From IMG/VR virus record IMGVR_UViG_3300033388_001119, positions 1 through 57,880 of that record: a DNA stretch of 57,880 nt, one strand, 5' to 3'. This document shows positions 16,043 to 26,564 of this stretch, piece by piece. The first letter of the stretch is position 1; every line of letters starts with the position of its first letter. Origin of the DNA: a virus. Lineage: Duplodnaviria > Caudoviricetes. The notes beneath the pieces were generated by a model. It was not told where the DNA came from. It saw nothing but the letters and a program-made list of their open reading frames with translations, and ran no database searches. The translations under genes and the position numbers were made by a program.

Positions 16043-17369
16043 CACTATTAGTTATCCCTTAGTAACACCAACGGTAGATGACTATGTAATAGGAACCTCA
16101 CCAGGATCAAACCCTACTAACCAAACGTCTAACTTCAAGTTAGGTGCTTTAAAAAGTCTATTTGAGCAAGATTTACAAGAAACCTTAGCTATAGGAAACT
16201 TAGCCAATTACGCTATTAGGTTGTCTAATTTTGGAGGAGCTAATATATTGAACTTGCAAAGTGGAGGTGTTGTTTCAGAAGAAGGTGATTTACAAGTGGG
16301 AACAAATGCTCTATTAAGTAGACTAACCTTATTCTCTACCGATCGAACAATTATTAATGTAGGTGCCGACCTTAGAATAAACGCAGCTACCGACACTACA
16401 ATGGAGTCAGGTAATACAACTACAATAGTTGCTGGTTCTGGAACCTTCACTGGTAAACTTGTATTAGGCACAGACGCTTCCACTCAACAAGCTACCACTA
16501 GAATGGAGTTTGAAAACGGAATAACGAAGTCATTTAACATACTAGATTTAGCTGCTAACGGTGGTGTACTACTAGATGGTGTTGCTGGAGCAGTTGGACA
16601 AACTTTAGTTAGCCAAGGGCCAGGATCTCCATTAACATGGGGGTCAGCATTACCAGCCCTAACAGACACTAATGTTTACACAGGAGATGTAAATAACAAT
16701 CCAGTAGTTACAGATGTAGTCACTATAGATAGCACTAATGGTGATATAAAGATTGGGAATAGCTCTGGAGCATTAGCAGGAACACTAACTCTTAACGGAA
16801 CGTGGTCACCTCAAGTTTATCACATATACGGAAGCGACAACACTTCCTTAGGTGTAGAGGTATTCTCAGACCCTACTTTAGTGGGCTCAAGAAACGTAGG
16901 TGTAGGAACCGCAGCTGGAAATAACCTATCAGACACAGCATCAAATAACACCTTAGTAGGTCACACAGCTGGTAGTTCAATAAATGTAGCTAACGGAAAC
17001 ACTTTAATCGGACAAGGGTCTGATGTAGCTTCACCTATCACCGGAAGAGGAACAGCATTAGGTGGTTCTACTACTGTAGCTAATGAATCTGTAGCTTTAG
17101 GTAGTGGCGCTAGCGCTGAAAAAGGCTGTATAGCTATAGGGTATAATGCAGATGCACAAACAGCTCCAGGAGGGGCTAATCCTACAATTAATTTTACCCA
17201 TGATGTAGTAGACGGCTTAATTGCCAATAATAATGTTTACGCTAACAACGGTGATGCATCAGTAGATTTAAACCCAGGGGATGTTTATTTATTAGACAAC
17301 TCCACAATTGGTTTACCTGACTTTAATAATGGTGGCCCAGCCATCATGTGTATGGTGTACACTGGATAA
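16026..17369 (+). CDS. Tail fibre with YadA-head-like beta-roll repeats
   Basis: NTSLG, NVGVG, NTLVG, NTLIG, TALG, SVALG, IAIG repeats. Confidence 0.7.
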   Translation: MAKISNTISYPLVTPTVDDYVIGTSPGSNPTNQTSNFKLGALKSLFEQDLQETLAIGNLANYAIRLSNFGGANILNLQSGGVVSEEGDLQVGTNALLSRLTLFSTDRTIINVGADLRINAATDTTMESGNTTTIVAGSGTFTGKLVLGTDASTQQATTRMEFENGITKSFNILDLAANGGVLLDGVAGAVGQTLVSQGPGSPLTWGSALPALTDTNVYTGDVNNNPVVTDVVTIDSTNGDIKIGNSSGALAGTLTLNGTWSPQVYHIYGSDNTSLGVEVFSDPTLVGSRNVGVGTAAGNNLSDTASNNTLVGHTAGSSINVANGNTLIGQGSDVASPITGRGTALGGSTTVANESVALGSGASAEKGCIAIGYNADAQTAPGGANPTINFTHDVVDGLIANNNVYANNGDASVDLNPGDVYLLDNSTIGLPDFNNGGPAIMCMVYTG

Positions 17370-17407
17370 ACTAAACATAGTTTAGTAACGTATTAAAATT
17401 AAATAAA

Positions 17408-17626
17408 ATGCAAATTAGAAAAATATCCATAGGGTATGACTATAAGAATTCTATGAATTATATCGTTGGACAAAAAGCCCTTAATCATTACATTATCCAC
17501 ATAATTAGACAAGAAGACGATGGTAGTATTTCCGTATGGTTAGAGAATGAAAAAAACGAAGTGGTTTTATGGAAGTCCTTTAGTGTTTCTATGCCTGTTA
17601 GTATTGAGTACAACATAAACTACTAA
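17408..17626 (+). CDS. Conserved hypothetical protein of the head module (72 aa)
   Basis: ORF track; A-rich start. Confidence 0.8.
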   Translation: MQIRKISIGYDYKNSMNYIVGQKALNHYIIHIIRQEDDGSISVWLENEKNEVVLWKSFSVSMPVSIEYNINY

Positions 17627-17627
17627 C

Positions 17628-18200
17628 ATGAAGCCAGTAAATGAGTTTTTGATAACACCTAAAAATGGTGAGAGATATGACAATCATAGTAGGTTTGGTA
17701 ATCAACAATTAATCGTTAATACTTCTATAGAAAACCACACTTACGTAAATCGAGTCGGTATAATAGAAAAGGTACCCATTGATTATGATGGGCCAATAAA
17801 TGAAGATGATGAAGTCATACTTCACCATAACGTTTTTAGAATATATTATGACATGAAAGGAAATGAACAATCAGGGCCGTGTCATTTTTTTAACGATTAT
17901 TATTTAGTTCCCGAGGACCAGGTGTATTTCTATAAAAGCTCAAATTCGGATTGGAAATCTACAGGTGATTACTGCTTTATAAAACCTTTAGATAAGATTC
18001 AAGGTGATGTAATGCATTTAGATCAATATGAAGAATTAAGAGGAAAAATAACTCATGATAATCAATATTTGAATAATTTAGGTATATTTAATAACGATGT
18101 GGTTTCATTTCATCCCGATGTTGAATATGAATTTAGAGTTGGAGAAGATGTACTGTATAGAGTAAAAAATCAACGAATATGCATGAAGCTGACAAAATAA
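17628..18200 (+). CDS. GroES-like protein, probably two tandem GroES folds
   Basis: Two halves each with a GroES-like pattern (FLITP...GIIEKVP...DEVILH and CFIKP...GKITH...DVVSF). Confidence 0.55.
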   Translation: MKPVNEFLITPKNGERYDNHSRFGNQQLIVNTSIENHTYVNRVGIIEKVPIDYDGPINEDDEVILHHNVFRIYYDMKGNEQSGPCHFFNDYYLVPEDQVYFYKSSNSDWKSTGDYCFIKPLDKIQGDVMHLDQYEELRGKITHDNQYLNNLGIFNNDVVSFHPDVEYEFRVGEDVLYRVKNQRICMKLTK

Positions 18201-18463
18201 AAAAACTTAAGAAAGATATTATTACCGCTGGAGAGATAGCTGTAAGGGAATTAATTAAGGTAGCTAAAGAAGATATTATAAAATATGATGCAGAAGATGA
18301 CTTAGCAGCTGATAGGTTAAAAAACGCAGCGGCCACAAAAAAGCTAGCGATATTTGATGCATTTGAAATATTAAATAGAATCACTACAGAGAAAGCTATA
18401 TTAGAAGAAAAGCCATTAGAATCTAAAAAATTAACTGGATTTGCTGAAGGAAAAGCAACATAA
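18179..18463 (+). CDS. Probable terminase small subunit
   Basis: Small helical protein directly upstream of TerL; positional inference. Confidence 0.45.
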   Translation: MHEADKIKKLKKDIITAGEIAVRELIKVAKEDIIKYDAEDDLAADRLKNAAATKKLAIFDAFEILNRITTEKAILEEKPLESKKLTGFAEGKAT

Positions 18464-20684
18464 TGACGGATTGGTATTATATAAAGTATTAAAAGATTTT
18501 ATACCAAAGAGTGTTATATCCACCAAAAACAAAGCTAAAAGCTGGAAGTATGGATATGACCCTAAGTATGATGTAGTAGTTATATCTAAGGACGGTACCT
18601 TAGGAGAGGTGTATGAAATAAATGGTCTAAATGTAGGGTTACCATCTCAACCTAAAAAAATAGAAACCCGACATAATAAGTGGTTTAAAGAAGAACTACC
18701 TAGTAAGTTGAAAAACTTAAAATCAATTTTTGATTGGGAAAAAACAGAGTCTTATTTTAAAGAAGAGTGGGTTGGATATGTAGAGGAAGAGTTTGATAGA
18801 AGGGAGTATGGTTATTGGTTTACTAACAACTCTATCCCAACCTACATTACTGGAACTCACTACATGTATCTTCAATGGACTAAAATAGATATAGGAAGCC
18901 CTGAATTTAGAGAAGCTAATAGAATATTTTATATTTTTTGGGAAGCCTGTGTAGCTGATGATAGAAGTTTTGGGATGTGTTATTTAAAAAATAGGCGTTC
19001 AGGATTTTCATTTATGAGCTCATGTGAAGCGGTAAACACGGCTACAATTAGTAGAAATTCTAGAGTTGGAATACTATCTAAAACGGGTTCGGATGCTAAG
19101 AAAATGTTTACAGATAAAGTAGTTCCTATATCTAGTAATTACCCTTTCTTTTTCAAGCCAATTCAAGACGGAATGGATAAGCCTAAAACAGAGTTAGCTT
19201 ATAGGGTTCCAGCTAGTAAAATAACTAGAAAGAGTTTAGGAAAAGCTAACGAACTAAAACTAGATGGTTTAGACACAGTTATTGATTGGAAAAACACAGC
19301 TGATAATAGTTATGACGGAGAAAAACTAAAAAGGTTGATTCATGACGAAAGTGGAAAGTGGGAAAAACCAGAAAACATACTTAACAACTGGAGAGTAACC
19401 AAAACATGCTTAAGACTAGGTAGGAAGATAGTAGGAAAGTGCTTAATGGGCTCAACCTCAAATGCTTTAGATAAAGGAGGGGAAAATTTTAAGAAACTAT
19501 ATAACGACTCCTTAGCGTCAAGTAGAAATGCTAACGGACAAACTAAATCAGGTTTATATTGTTTATTTATTCCAATGGAATGGAATATGGAGGGCTTTAT
19601 AGATGAGTTTGGTCACCCCGTTCTTTATAACCCAACCACACCCACCTACGGACCAGAGGGTGAACAAATACATCAAGGCGCTATAGATTACTGGGAAAAC
19701 GAAGTAGAGTCCTTAAAGGGGGACCCAGACGCTTTAAATGAATTTTACAGACAATTCCCCAGGACGGAACAACACGCATTTAGAGATGAAAGCAAGCAAG
19801 CTTTATTTAATTTAACTAAAATATATCAACAAATAGATTATAATGATTCAGTAATTAAAGAACATTATTTAACTAGGGGAAAATTTTATTGGAAGAATGG
19901 AGTGCAAGACACGCAAGTGGCTTGGTCGCCCGACCCTAAAGGTAGGTTTATAACTTCTTGGATGCCTAGTAAGAACTTACAGAATAGAGTTATAGTAAAA
20001 AATAACATAAAATACCCAGGTAATGAACATTTAGGGGCGTTTGGATGCGACTCTTACGATATAAGCGGAACTGTAGGTGGTTCAGGGTCTAACGGAGCTC
20101 TACATGGACTTACATGTTTTAATATGGAGGACGCACCTAGTAATGAGTTTTTTTTAGAATATATAGCTCGACCTCAAACAGCAGAAATATTTTTTGAAGA
20201 AGTATTAATGGCGTGTGTATTTTATGGTATGCCAATCTTAATTGAAAATAACAAACCTCGATTATTGTATCATTTTAAAAATAGAGGCTATAGGGGGTTT
20301 TCTTTAAATAGACCTGATAAACCCAGAAACAAGTTATCGGGGAGCGAAAGAGAATTAGGGGGAGTTCCTAACTCTAGTGAAGATATGAAACAGTCACACG
20401 CTGCAGCTATCGAAGCTTATATTGAAAAATACATTGGAATGTCAGAAGATAACACCTACCGACCAAAAGACGATTTCGGTTCCATGTGGTTTAATAGAAC
20501 TTTAGTAGATTGGGCTAAATTTGATATAAACAAAAGAACTAAATATGATGCCTCAATTAGCTCAGGGTTAGCTATTATGGCCACCCAAAGACACTTATAT
20601 CAACCAATTAAAAAAGAATCAAAAATAAGCCTTAACTTTGCAAGATACGACAATAAAGGTCGAATTAGCACAATATTGAAATAA
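18441..20684 (+). CDS. terL: Terminase large subunit
   Basis: Walker A-like KNRRSGFS, Walker B LIHDESGK, coupling motif MGST, nuclease FGCDSYD and terminal YDA. Confidence 0.92.
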   Translation: MLKEKQHNDGLVLYKVLKDFIPKSVISTKNKAKSWKYGYDPKYDVVVISKDGTLGEVYEINGLNVGLPSQPKKIETRHNKWFKEELPSKLKNLKSIFDWEKTESYFKEEWVGYVEEEFDRREYGYWFTNNSIPTYITGTHYMYLQWTKIDIGSPEFREANRIFYIFWEACVADDRSFGMCYLKNRRSGFSFMSSCEAVNTATISRNSRVGILSKTGSDAKKMFTDKVVPISSNYPFFFKPIQDGMDKPKTELAYRVPASKITRKSLGKANELKLDGLDTVIDWKNTADNSYDGEKLKRLIHDESGKWEKPENILNNWRVTKTCLRLGRKIVGKCLMGSTSNALDKGGENFKKLYNDSLASSRNANGQTKSGLYCLFIPMEWNMEGFIDEFGHPVLYNPTTPTYGPEGEQIHQGAIDYWENEVESLKGDPDALNEFYRQFPRTEQHAFRDESKQALFNLTKIYQQIDYNDSVIKEHYLTRGKFYWKNGVQDTQVAWSPDPKGRFITSWMPSKNLQNRVIVKNNIKYPGNEHLGAFGCDSYDISGTVGGSGSNGALHGLTCFNMEDAPSNEFFLEYIARPQTAEIFFEEVLMACVFYGMPILIENNKPRLLYHFKNRGYRGFSLNRPDKPRNKLSGSERELGGVPNSSEDMKQSHAAAIEAYIEKYIGMSEDNTYRPKDDFGSMWFNRTLVDWAKFDINKRTKYDASISSGLAIMATQRHLYQPIKKESKISLNFARYDNKGRISTILK

Positions 20685-23117
20685 ATGAAAGATTTTAACG
20701 TAACAATTACACCGACTAATTTTCCTAATCAAGAAGCATCTGACAGCACTAAAGCCACCGAAGAGTATGGGAGAATAGTGGGCGAGGCAATACAATATGA
20801 ATGGTTTAGAAGAGACGGCAATGGTTGTAGGTTTTATAATCAATGGGTGAACTTTCATAGATTAAGGCTATACGCTAGAGGAGAACAACCAATAGGTAAA
20901 TATAAAAATGAAATAGCTGTAGATGGAGATTTATCTTACCTAAACTTAGATTGGACGCCTGTTCCAATTATTCCAAAGTTTGTAGATATTGTGGTGAATG
21001 GAATGGGAGATAGATTATTTGACGTTAAAGCATATGCTCAAGACGCTTTGTCAAATGAAAAGAAAATGGAGTTTCAAAATCTAATACAAGCAGACATGGT
21101 TGCTAAAGACGTTTTAGCTACAGCTGCAACCGAATTAGATTTAAACATGTTTAATGTAGAGCCAGACACCTTACCTGAATCTGATGAAGAGTTAGATTTA
21201 TATATGAACATGCATTACAAACCAGCTTTAGAAATAGCAGAAGAGGAGGGTATTAATACTATTCTAGAGATGAATCATTATAAAAGCAGGTTAAGGAGTA
21301 GAGTGAATTATGATTTAACGGTATTGGGGTTAGGCTTTGTAAAACATGAGTTTATGCCAGGGACTGGGGTAGAGGTTAAATATGTAGATCCCGCAACTTT
21401 AGTTTATAGCTATACTGAAAGCCCTACTTTTGAGGATTGTTTTTACTTCGGCGAGGTTAAGCAAGTTCCCATTACGGAATTAGTTAAAATTAAACCAGAT
21501 ATATCTCAGGAAGAGATGAAAGAGATAGCTCAACTTTCTACGTTGTGGTATAATTATTATGGAATTATAAGACCTTATCAAGATACTTTATTTAGAGAAG
21601 ATACAGTAACTCTTTTGTTTTATAATTATAAGACCACCAAAAACATGGTCTACAAAAAGAAAAAATTAGAAAACGGAGGAGAAAGGATTATTCCAAAAAC
21701 AGACGACTTTAATCCACCAGAAGAAGTTACTGAAAAATTTGAGAAACTATCAAAAAGAGTAGAGGTTTGGTACGAGGGTATTATGGTGATGGGAGCTCCT
21801 AAAATGTTAAAGTGGGAATTAGCCAAAAACATGGTTAGACCTAAGTCCGCTTCACAAATGGCCTTAGCTAATTACATAGGGTCAGCGCCAAGAATGTATA
21901 AAGGAGTTGTTGAGTCATTAGTTCGTAGAATGATTACGTTCGCAGACTTAATTCAAATAACACACCTAAAATTACAACAAGTTATATCTAAAACAGTACC
22001 AGATGGTGTATTCATAGATGCAGACGGGTTGAATGAAGTAGACTTAGGAACAGGTCAAGCATATAATCCAGAAGACGCATTAAAGCTATATTTTCAGACG
22101 GGTTCAGTCATAGGTAGAAGTTACACTCAAGATGGCGAATTTAATAACGCTAGAGTTCCAATTTCTGAATTAGGCAATGGAAGTGGGCAAGCTAAAATGC
22201 AAGCCTTAATAGGGGCTTACAATCATTACCTAAACATGTTAAGAGATGTAACAGGGCTTAATCAAGCTAGAGACGCCTCCACTCCTGACCAATATAGTTT
22301 GGTAGGGTTACAAAAATTAGCAGCTTTAAATTCCAATGTAGCTACTAGACATATTTTAGACGCCACTTTACAGATTTCTCAAAAACTAGCAGAAGCCATT
22401 TCGTTAAGAATGGGAGATATTTTAGAATATGCTGATTTTAAAGAAGAATTTGCTAATCAAATAGGAAAATATAATGTTAAGTTAGTAGAGGAAATAAAAG
22501 ACCTATACCTACATGATTTCGGTATATTTTTAGAAGTAGCCCCTGATGAAGAAGAAAAAGCTCAACTAGAAGAAAATATTAAGATAGCTCTACAAAGAGA
22601 CCAGATAGGATTAGAGGACGCAATAGACATACGTGAGGTTCGAAACTTAAAAATGGCTAATGAAGTTCTTAAATTAAAAACTAAAAAGAAAGAAGCGGCT
22701 AAAGCTCAAGCTGAAAAGGCTAAGCAAGCTATGCAAGCTCAAATTAATCAACAGTCTCAACAGATGGCAGCTCAAGCCGCAATGCAGAAGGTGCAGATGG
22801 AGACTCAAGCTAAAATACAAATCGAACAAGCAGAAGCTCAGTTTCAAATAGAAAAGTACAAAGCTGAGGCAGATCTTAAAAAACAATTAATGGCAGAAGA
22901 GTTTCAATATCAAATGCAATTAAAAGGAATAGAAACACAAGGTTTAGCTCAAAGAGAAGACAAGAGAGAGCAGGCGAAGTCGGATAGGATATCACAACAA
23001 AATACTGAGCAATCAAAATTAATACAACAAAGACAAGAAAAGACAGCTCCAATGAGTTTTGAATCTAACGAAGATTCTCTCGATGGTTTTAGTTTATCTG
23101 AGTTTGAGCCAAGATAA
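20685..23117 (+). CDS. Portal protein (crAss-like type)
   Basis: Position after TerL; 810 aa; PIIPKFVDIVVNG motif; Q/A-rich C-terminal coiled coil. Confidence 0.88.
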   Translation: MKDFNVTITPTNFPNQEASDSTKATEEYGRIVGEAIQYEWFRRDGNGCRFYNQWVNFHRLRLYARGEQPIGKYKNEIAVDGDLSYLNLDWTPVPIIPKFVDIVVNGMGDRLFDVKAYAQDALSNEKKMEFQNLIQADMVAKDVLATAATELDLNMFNVEPDTLPESDEELDLYMNMHYKPALEIAEEEGINTILEMNHYKSRLRSRVNYDLTVLGLGFVKHEFMPGTGVEVKYVDPATLVYSYTESPTFEDCFYFGEVKQVPITELVKIKPDISQEEMKEIAQLSTLWYNYYGIIRPYQDTLFREDTVTLLFYNYKTTKNMVYKKKKLENGGERIIPKTDDFNPPEEVTEKFEKLSKRVEVWYEGIMVMGAPKMLKWELAKNMVRPKSASQMALANYIGSAPRMYKGVVESLVRRMITFADLIQITHLKLQQVISKTVPDGVFIDADGLNEVDLGTGQAYNPEDALKLYFQTGSVIGRSYTQDGEFNNARVPISELGNGSGQAKMQALIGAYNHYLNMLRDVTGLNQARDASTPDQYSLVGLQKLAALNSNVATRHILDATLQISQKLAEAISLRMGDILEYADFKEEFANQIGKYNVKLVEEIKDLYLHDFGIFLEVAPDEEEKAQLEENIKIALQRDQIGLEDAIDIREVRNLKMANEVLKLKTKKKEAAKAQAEKAKQAMQAQINQQSQQMAAQAAMQKVQMETQAKIQIEQAEAQFQIEKYKAEADLKKQLMAEEFQYQMQLKGIETQGLAQREDKREQAKSDRISQQNTEQSKLIQQRQEKTAPMSFESNEDSLDGFSLSEFEPR

Positions 23118-23127
23118 AAAGTTTTTG

Positions 23128-23142
23128 TAACTTTGTAACAAA
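23128..23142 (+). promoter_or_regulatory. -7 box TAACTTTG overlapped by palindrome TTTGTAACAAA
   Basis: Direct reading. Confidence 0.7.
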
Positions 23143-23157
23143 TTAAAATTAAATTAA

Positions 23158-24267
23158 ATGGAAAATTGGAAAGTAAGAGAGGTTTCAGCAGACCCTGAAA
23201 AGAGTACTGCGGAAATTGAAAAAGAATTAGTAGAGAAAGCAGAAGCTAAATTTGCAGAAGGTGAAGAGTCGCCTACTGAAGAGGTTTCTGAAGAAAAAAT
23301 TGATGACAAATCCACAAGTCAGGAAGTTCCTGTTACGGACGAATCAATACCCCCTCAGTTAAATGAGGAACAAGTTCTTTCTTTTTTGAAAAACAGATAT
23401 GATAAAGAGATAAACACTTTGGATGACTTAGTTAATACTAAGACTGAAGAAATGCCTCAAGAAGTTTCTGATTATTTGACGTTTAAGAAAAACACTGGTA
23501 AATCTTTTGATGAGTTTTTAAAATTCAATAGAGATTTCGATAATATAGACGATGATTCTGTATTAAAAGAGTTTTACGCTTCAACTAAAAAACATTTAGA
23601 TTCTGATGATATTGACTTTGAGTTAAAAAATAAATTTGGATACGATGAGGAAATAGATGCGGATGATACGGTCAGAAAAATCAAAATATCTAAAAAAGAG
23701 GAAGTATTAAAGGCGAGGCAATACTTTAAAGATCGAAAAGACGAATACCTCAAACCTGTTGAGTCAACAAAAACAGAGGCGCCAATCGTGACAAATGAGC
23801 CAAACCAAAGTACGGATAAAGTGAATGTTAAAGAAGAAGCTGAGAAAAGAATGAGTCACTTTACTAAAAAAACTGAAGAATACTTTAATGATACATTTAA
23901 TGGTTTTAATTTTAAAATTGGAGATGATGTCATTAGTTATAACACAGGTGAATTAAGTAAAGTAAAAACAAACCATTCTGATCTTAATAACTTTATAAAA
24001 CAACATATTACGGAAGATGGGTTTTTAACTGATGCTGAAAAGTATCACAAATCCTTAGCCGCTGCTTTTGACCCTGATGGATTAGCTAAATTCTTTTATG
24101 AGAAGGGTAAGGCTGATGCTGTCACTAATGATGTTAAATCAACAAAAAACATCGACATGGGATTAAGAAAAGCACCGGTAACAAGTAGTAAGGGTGAGTT
24201 TAAAGTTAGTGCTGTCAAAACAAGTCACGGAAATTCGTTAAAAATTAGAAGTAATAGGAATAAATAA
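23158..24267 (+). CDS. Probable capsid scaffolding protein
   Basis: Acidic helical protein between portal and capsid genes. Confidence 0.65.
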   Translation: MENWKVREVSADPEKSTAEIEKELVEKAEAKFAEGEESPTEEVSEEKIDDKSTSQEVPVTDESIPPQLNEEQVLSFLKNRYDKEINTLDDLVNTKTEEMPQEVSDYLTFKKNTGKSFDEFLKFNRDFDNIDDDSVLKEFYASTKKHLDSDDIDFELKNKFGYDEEIDADDTVRKIKISKKEEVLKARQYFKDRKDEYLKPVESTKTEAPIVTNEPNQSTDKVNVKEEAEKRMSHFTKKTEEYFNDTFNGFNFKIGDDVISYNTGELSKVKTNHSDLNNFIKQHITEDGFLTDAEKYHKSLAAAFDPDGLAKFFYEKGKADAVTNDVKSTKNIDMGLRKAPVTSSKGEFKVSAVKTSHGNSLKIRSNRNK

Positions 24268-24294
24268 CAAATTAAAAATTAAAAACTAAAAATT

Positions 24295-25716
24295 ATGAGT
24301 TTAGCAGCAATTCCCGGACCGGCATTAACCCCTTCTTCATCGAAGGTGCCTTTGAAGGAAAACTATATTAACAACTTCGATTTCTTAAATCAGTACTTAC
24401 CTGATACTTATGAAAAAGAATTTGAAAGATATGGTAACAGAACAATTTCAGCTTTTTTAAGAATGGTAGGAGCTGAGCTTCCAACTAACTCTGACTTAAT
24501 CAAATGGGCAGAGCAAGGAAGATTACATACCAAATTCGTAGGGTGTACAACACAGAACGGAGCTGGAGCTGTTGGCACACCAGTTACTTGGTTAACAGGT
24601 GGTTTAGCAGCTGGTAATAACCCAGTATGTAACTTTAGAATAGGACAAACTGTTTTCATTTCAGAAGATGGTGGTGCTACTTCAAATAAAGGTATCATTA
24701 CTTCAGTTGGTGTAGGTACAGATGATGAGTTTACAGTAGCTTACTACGAAGCAGACCAAAATGTACCAGCAGCTACAGGATGTAGTGTGTTTGTTTACGG
24801 ATCTGAATTCAGAAAAGGAACCGAAGGAATGATTGGTTCTTTAGAATCTGAAGACATTTTCTTAGAAAACAAGCCTATCATCATTAAAGATAAGTACGCT
24901 GTTAACGGATCAGATATGGCGCAAATCGGATGGGTAGAAGTATCTACTGAAGATGGAGCTACAGGATACCTATGGTACCTAAAGTCTGAGCACGAAACAA
25001 GATTACGTTTTGATGATTACTTAGAGATGGCAATGATTGAAGGAGTAGCAGCTGAAGCTGGCTCTGGAGCATTGGCTGAACTTTCTCCAGGTGGTGCAGG
25101 TGTAACAACTGACGCTGGTACAGAAGGTATGTTCGAAGCAATCTCAACTAGAGGTAATGTTTATTCAGGCGTTCCAGCTAACTTAGCTGATTGGGATACT
25201 ATTATCGAAAGACTAGATAAGCAAGGAGCAATCCAAGAAAATGTAGTTTTCGTTAATAGAGATATGTCTTTTGCAATTGATGACATGTTAGCAGCTCAAA
25301 ACTCTTACGGACAAGGTGGTACTTCTTACGGATTGTTTGACAATGACGAAGAAATGGCACTTAACCTTGGGTTTAAAGGGTTCAGAAGAGGTTATGACTT
25401 CTACAAGTCTGATTGGAAATACTTAAACCAAGTAACCCTACGTGGTGACATCGATGGTGGAAAAGTAAGCGGTACTTTAGTGCCAGCTGGTTCTACTAAC
25501 GTATATGACCAAATTATGGGAAGAAACGCTAAAAGACCATACTTACACGTAAGATACAGAGCTTCAGAAACTGAAGACAGAAAGTATAAAACGTGGATTA
25601 CAGGTAGTGCTGGCGGTGCCGCAACAAGTTCTCTAGATGCTATGGAAGTACACTTCCTATCTGAAAGAGCTCTTTGTACAATGGGCGCAAACAACTTTGT
25701 AATCTTTAAAGACTAA
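24295..25716 (+). CDS. Major capsid protein
   Basis: Position; 473 aa; QYLPDTYEKEFERYGNR and WAEQGRLH recalled from this phage group; strong terminator downstream. Confidence 0.88.
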   Translation: MSLAAIPGPALTPSSSKVPLKENYINNFDFLNQYLPDTYEKEFERYGNRTISAFLRMVGAELPTNSDLIKWAEQGRLHTKFVGCTTQNGAGAVGTPVTWLTGGLAAGNNPVCNFRIGQTVFISEDGGATSNKGIITSVGVGTDDEFTVAYYEADQNVPAATGCSVFVYGSEFRKGTEGMIGSLESEDIFLENKPIIIKDKYAVNGSDMAQIGWVEVSTEDGATGYLWYLKSEHETRLRFDDYLEMAMIEGVAAEAGSGALAELSPGGAGVTTDAGTEGMFEAISTRGNVYSGVPANLADWDTIIERLDKQGAIQENVVFVNRDMSFAIDDMLAAQNSYGQGGTSYGLFDNDEEMALNLGFKGFRRGYDFYKSDWKYLNQVTLRGDIDGGKVSGTLVPAGSTNVYDQIMGRNAKRPYLHVRYRASETEDRKYKTWITGSAGGAATSSLDAMEVHFLSERALCTMGANNFVIFKD

Positions 25717-25733
25717 GATACAAGACAACATAT

Positions 25734-25754
25734 AAAGGGGCTTCGGCCCCTTTT
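25734..25754 (+). terminator. Intrinsic terminator with C(UUCG)G loop
   Basis: aaaggggc-ttcg-gcccctttt. Confidence 0.92.
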
Positions 25755-25781
25755 GTTTATTTACAATTAAAATTTAATACA

Positions 25782-26525
25782 ATGAAAAAAATGACAAGAA
25801 AACCACGAGTATACAAACTCAAATCAAACAAAACTCCCTTAAGCTTATTACTATCTTCTAGGCATTCTAAACATAAGCCTTTAATTTATTGGGACGAAGA
25901 AAAACAAGAAAACAGAACTTTAAGATACGCCACTAACCAGCGATCTATATTTGAAGACGAGCAAGACGGAACAGCTATAGTGGGCTCTATTGTTTTTGAA
26001 GACGGGTTCTTAAACACTAGAATAGAAGACAATTTATTACAACAATTTTTAGAATTACACCCAGATAATGGAACTTTATTTGTAGAGGTGGATGCTGAGC
26101 AAGATGCAGCTAAAGAAGTTGAGGTTTTAAATCACGAAGTAGACGCACTAGTAGCCGCATCGTCTTTAGAGATAGAGCAAATGGAAACTTTAGCTAAACT
26201 TTTATTAGGGTCTAATGTAAGTAGAATGAAGTCCTCTGAAATAAAAAGAGACATTTTACTTTATGCTAAGAATTACCCAACAGAGTTTCTAGAAGCCTTA
26301 GATGATGACGACATGGAACTTCAAGGATTAGTTTTAAAAGCCTTTGATCAGAGCGTTCTTCAGTACAGAGCCAAGAAGAGAGAAATTTACTTTAACTTAA
26401 AGGATAATAAAAAGAGATTAATGGTGGTTCCTTTTGGTGAGGATTACACTAAAGCTTTAATATCTTATTTCCACACTAGCAATGGAGAAGAGGTGTTAGA
26501 CTACCTCGAGAAAAAAGTAAAATAA
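25782..26525 (+). CDS. Conserved protein downstream of the capsid gene (247 aa)
   Basis: ORF track; context. Confidence 0.8.
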   Translation: MKKMTRKPRVYKLKSNKTPLSLLLSSRHSKHKPLIYWDEEKQENRTLRYATNQRSIFEDEQDGTAIVGSIVFEDGFLNTRIEDNLLQQFLELHPDNGTLFVEVDAEQDAAKEVEVLNHEVDALVAASSLEIEQMETLAKLLLGSNVSRMKSSEIKRDILLYAKNYPTEFLEALDDDDMELQGLVLKAFDQSVLQYRAKKREIYFNLKDNKKRLMVVPFGEDYTKALISYFHTSNGEEVLDYLEKKVK

Positions 26526-26531
26526 AATACT

Positions 26532-26539
26532 TACCTTTG
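26532..26539 (+). promoter_or_regulatory. -7 promoter box TACCTTTG
   Basis: Intergenic TAnnTTTG. Confidence 0.7.
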
Positions 26540-26564
26540 TAATAAAGATTAAAACAACTAGATA

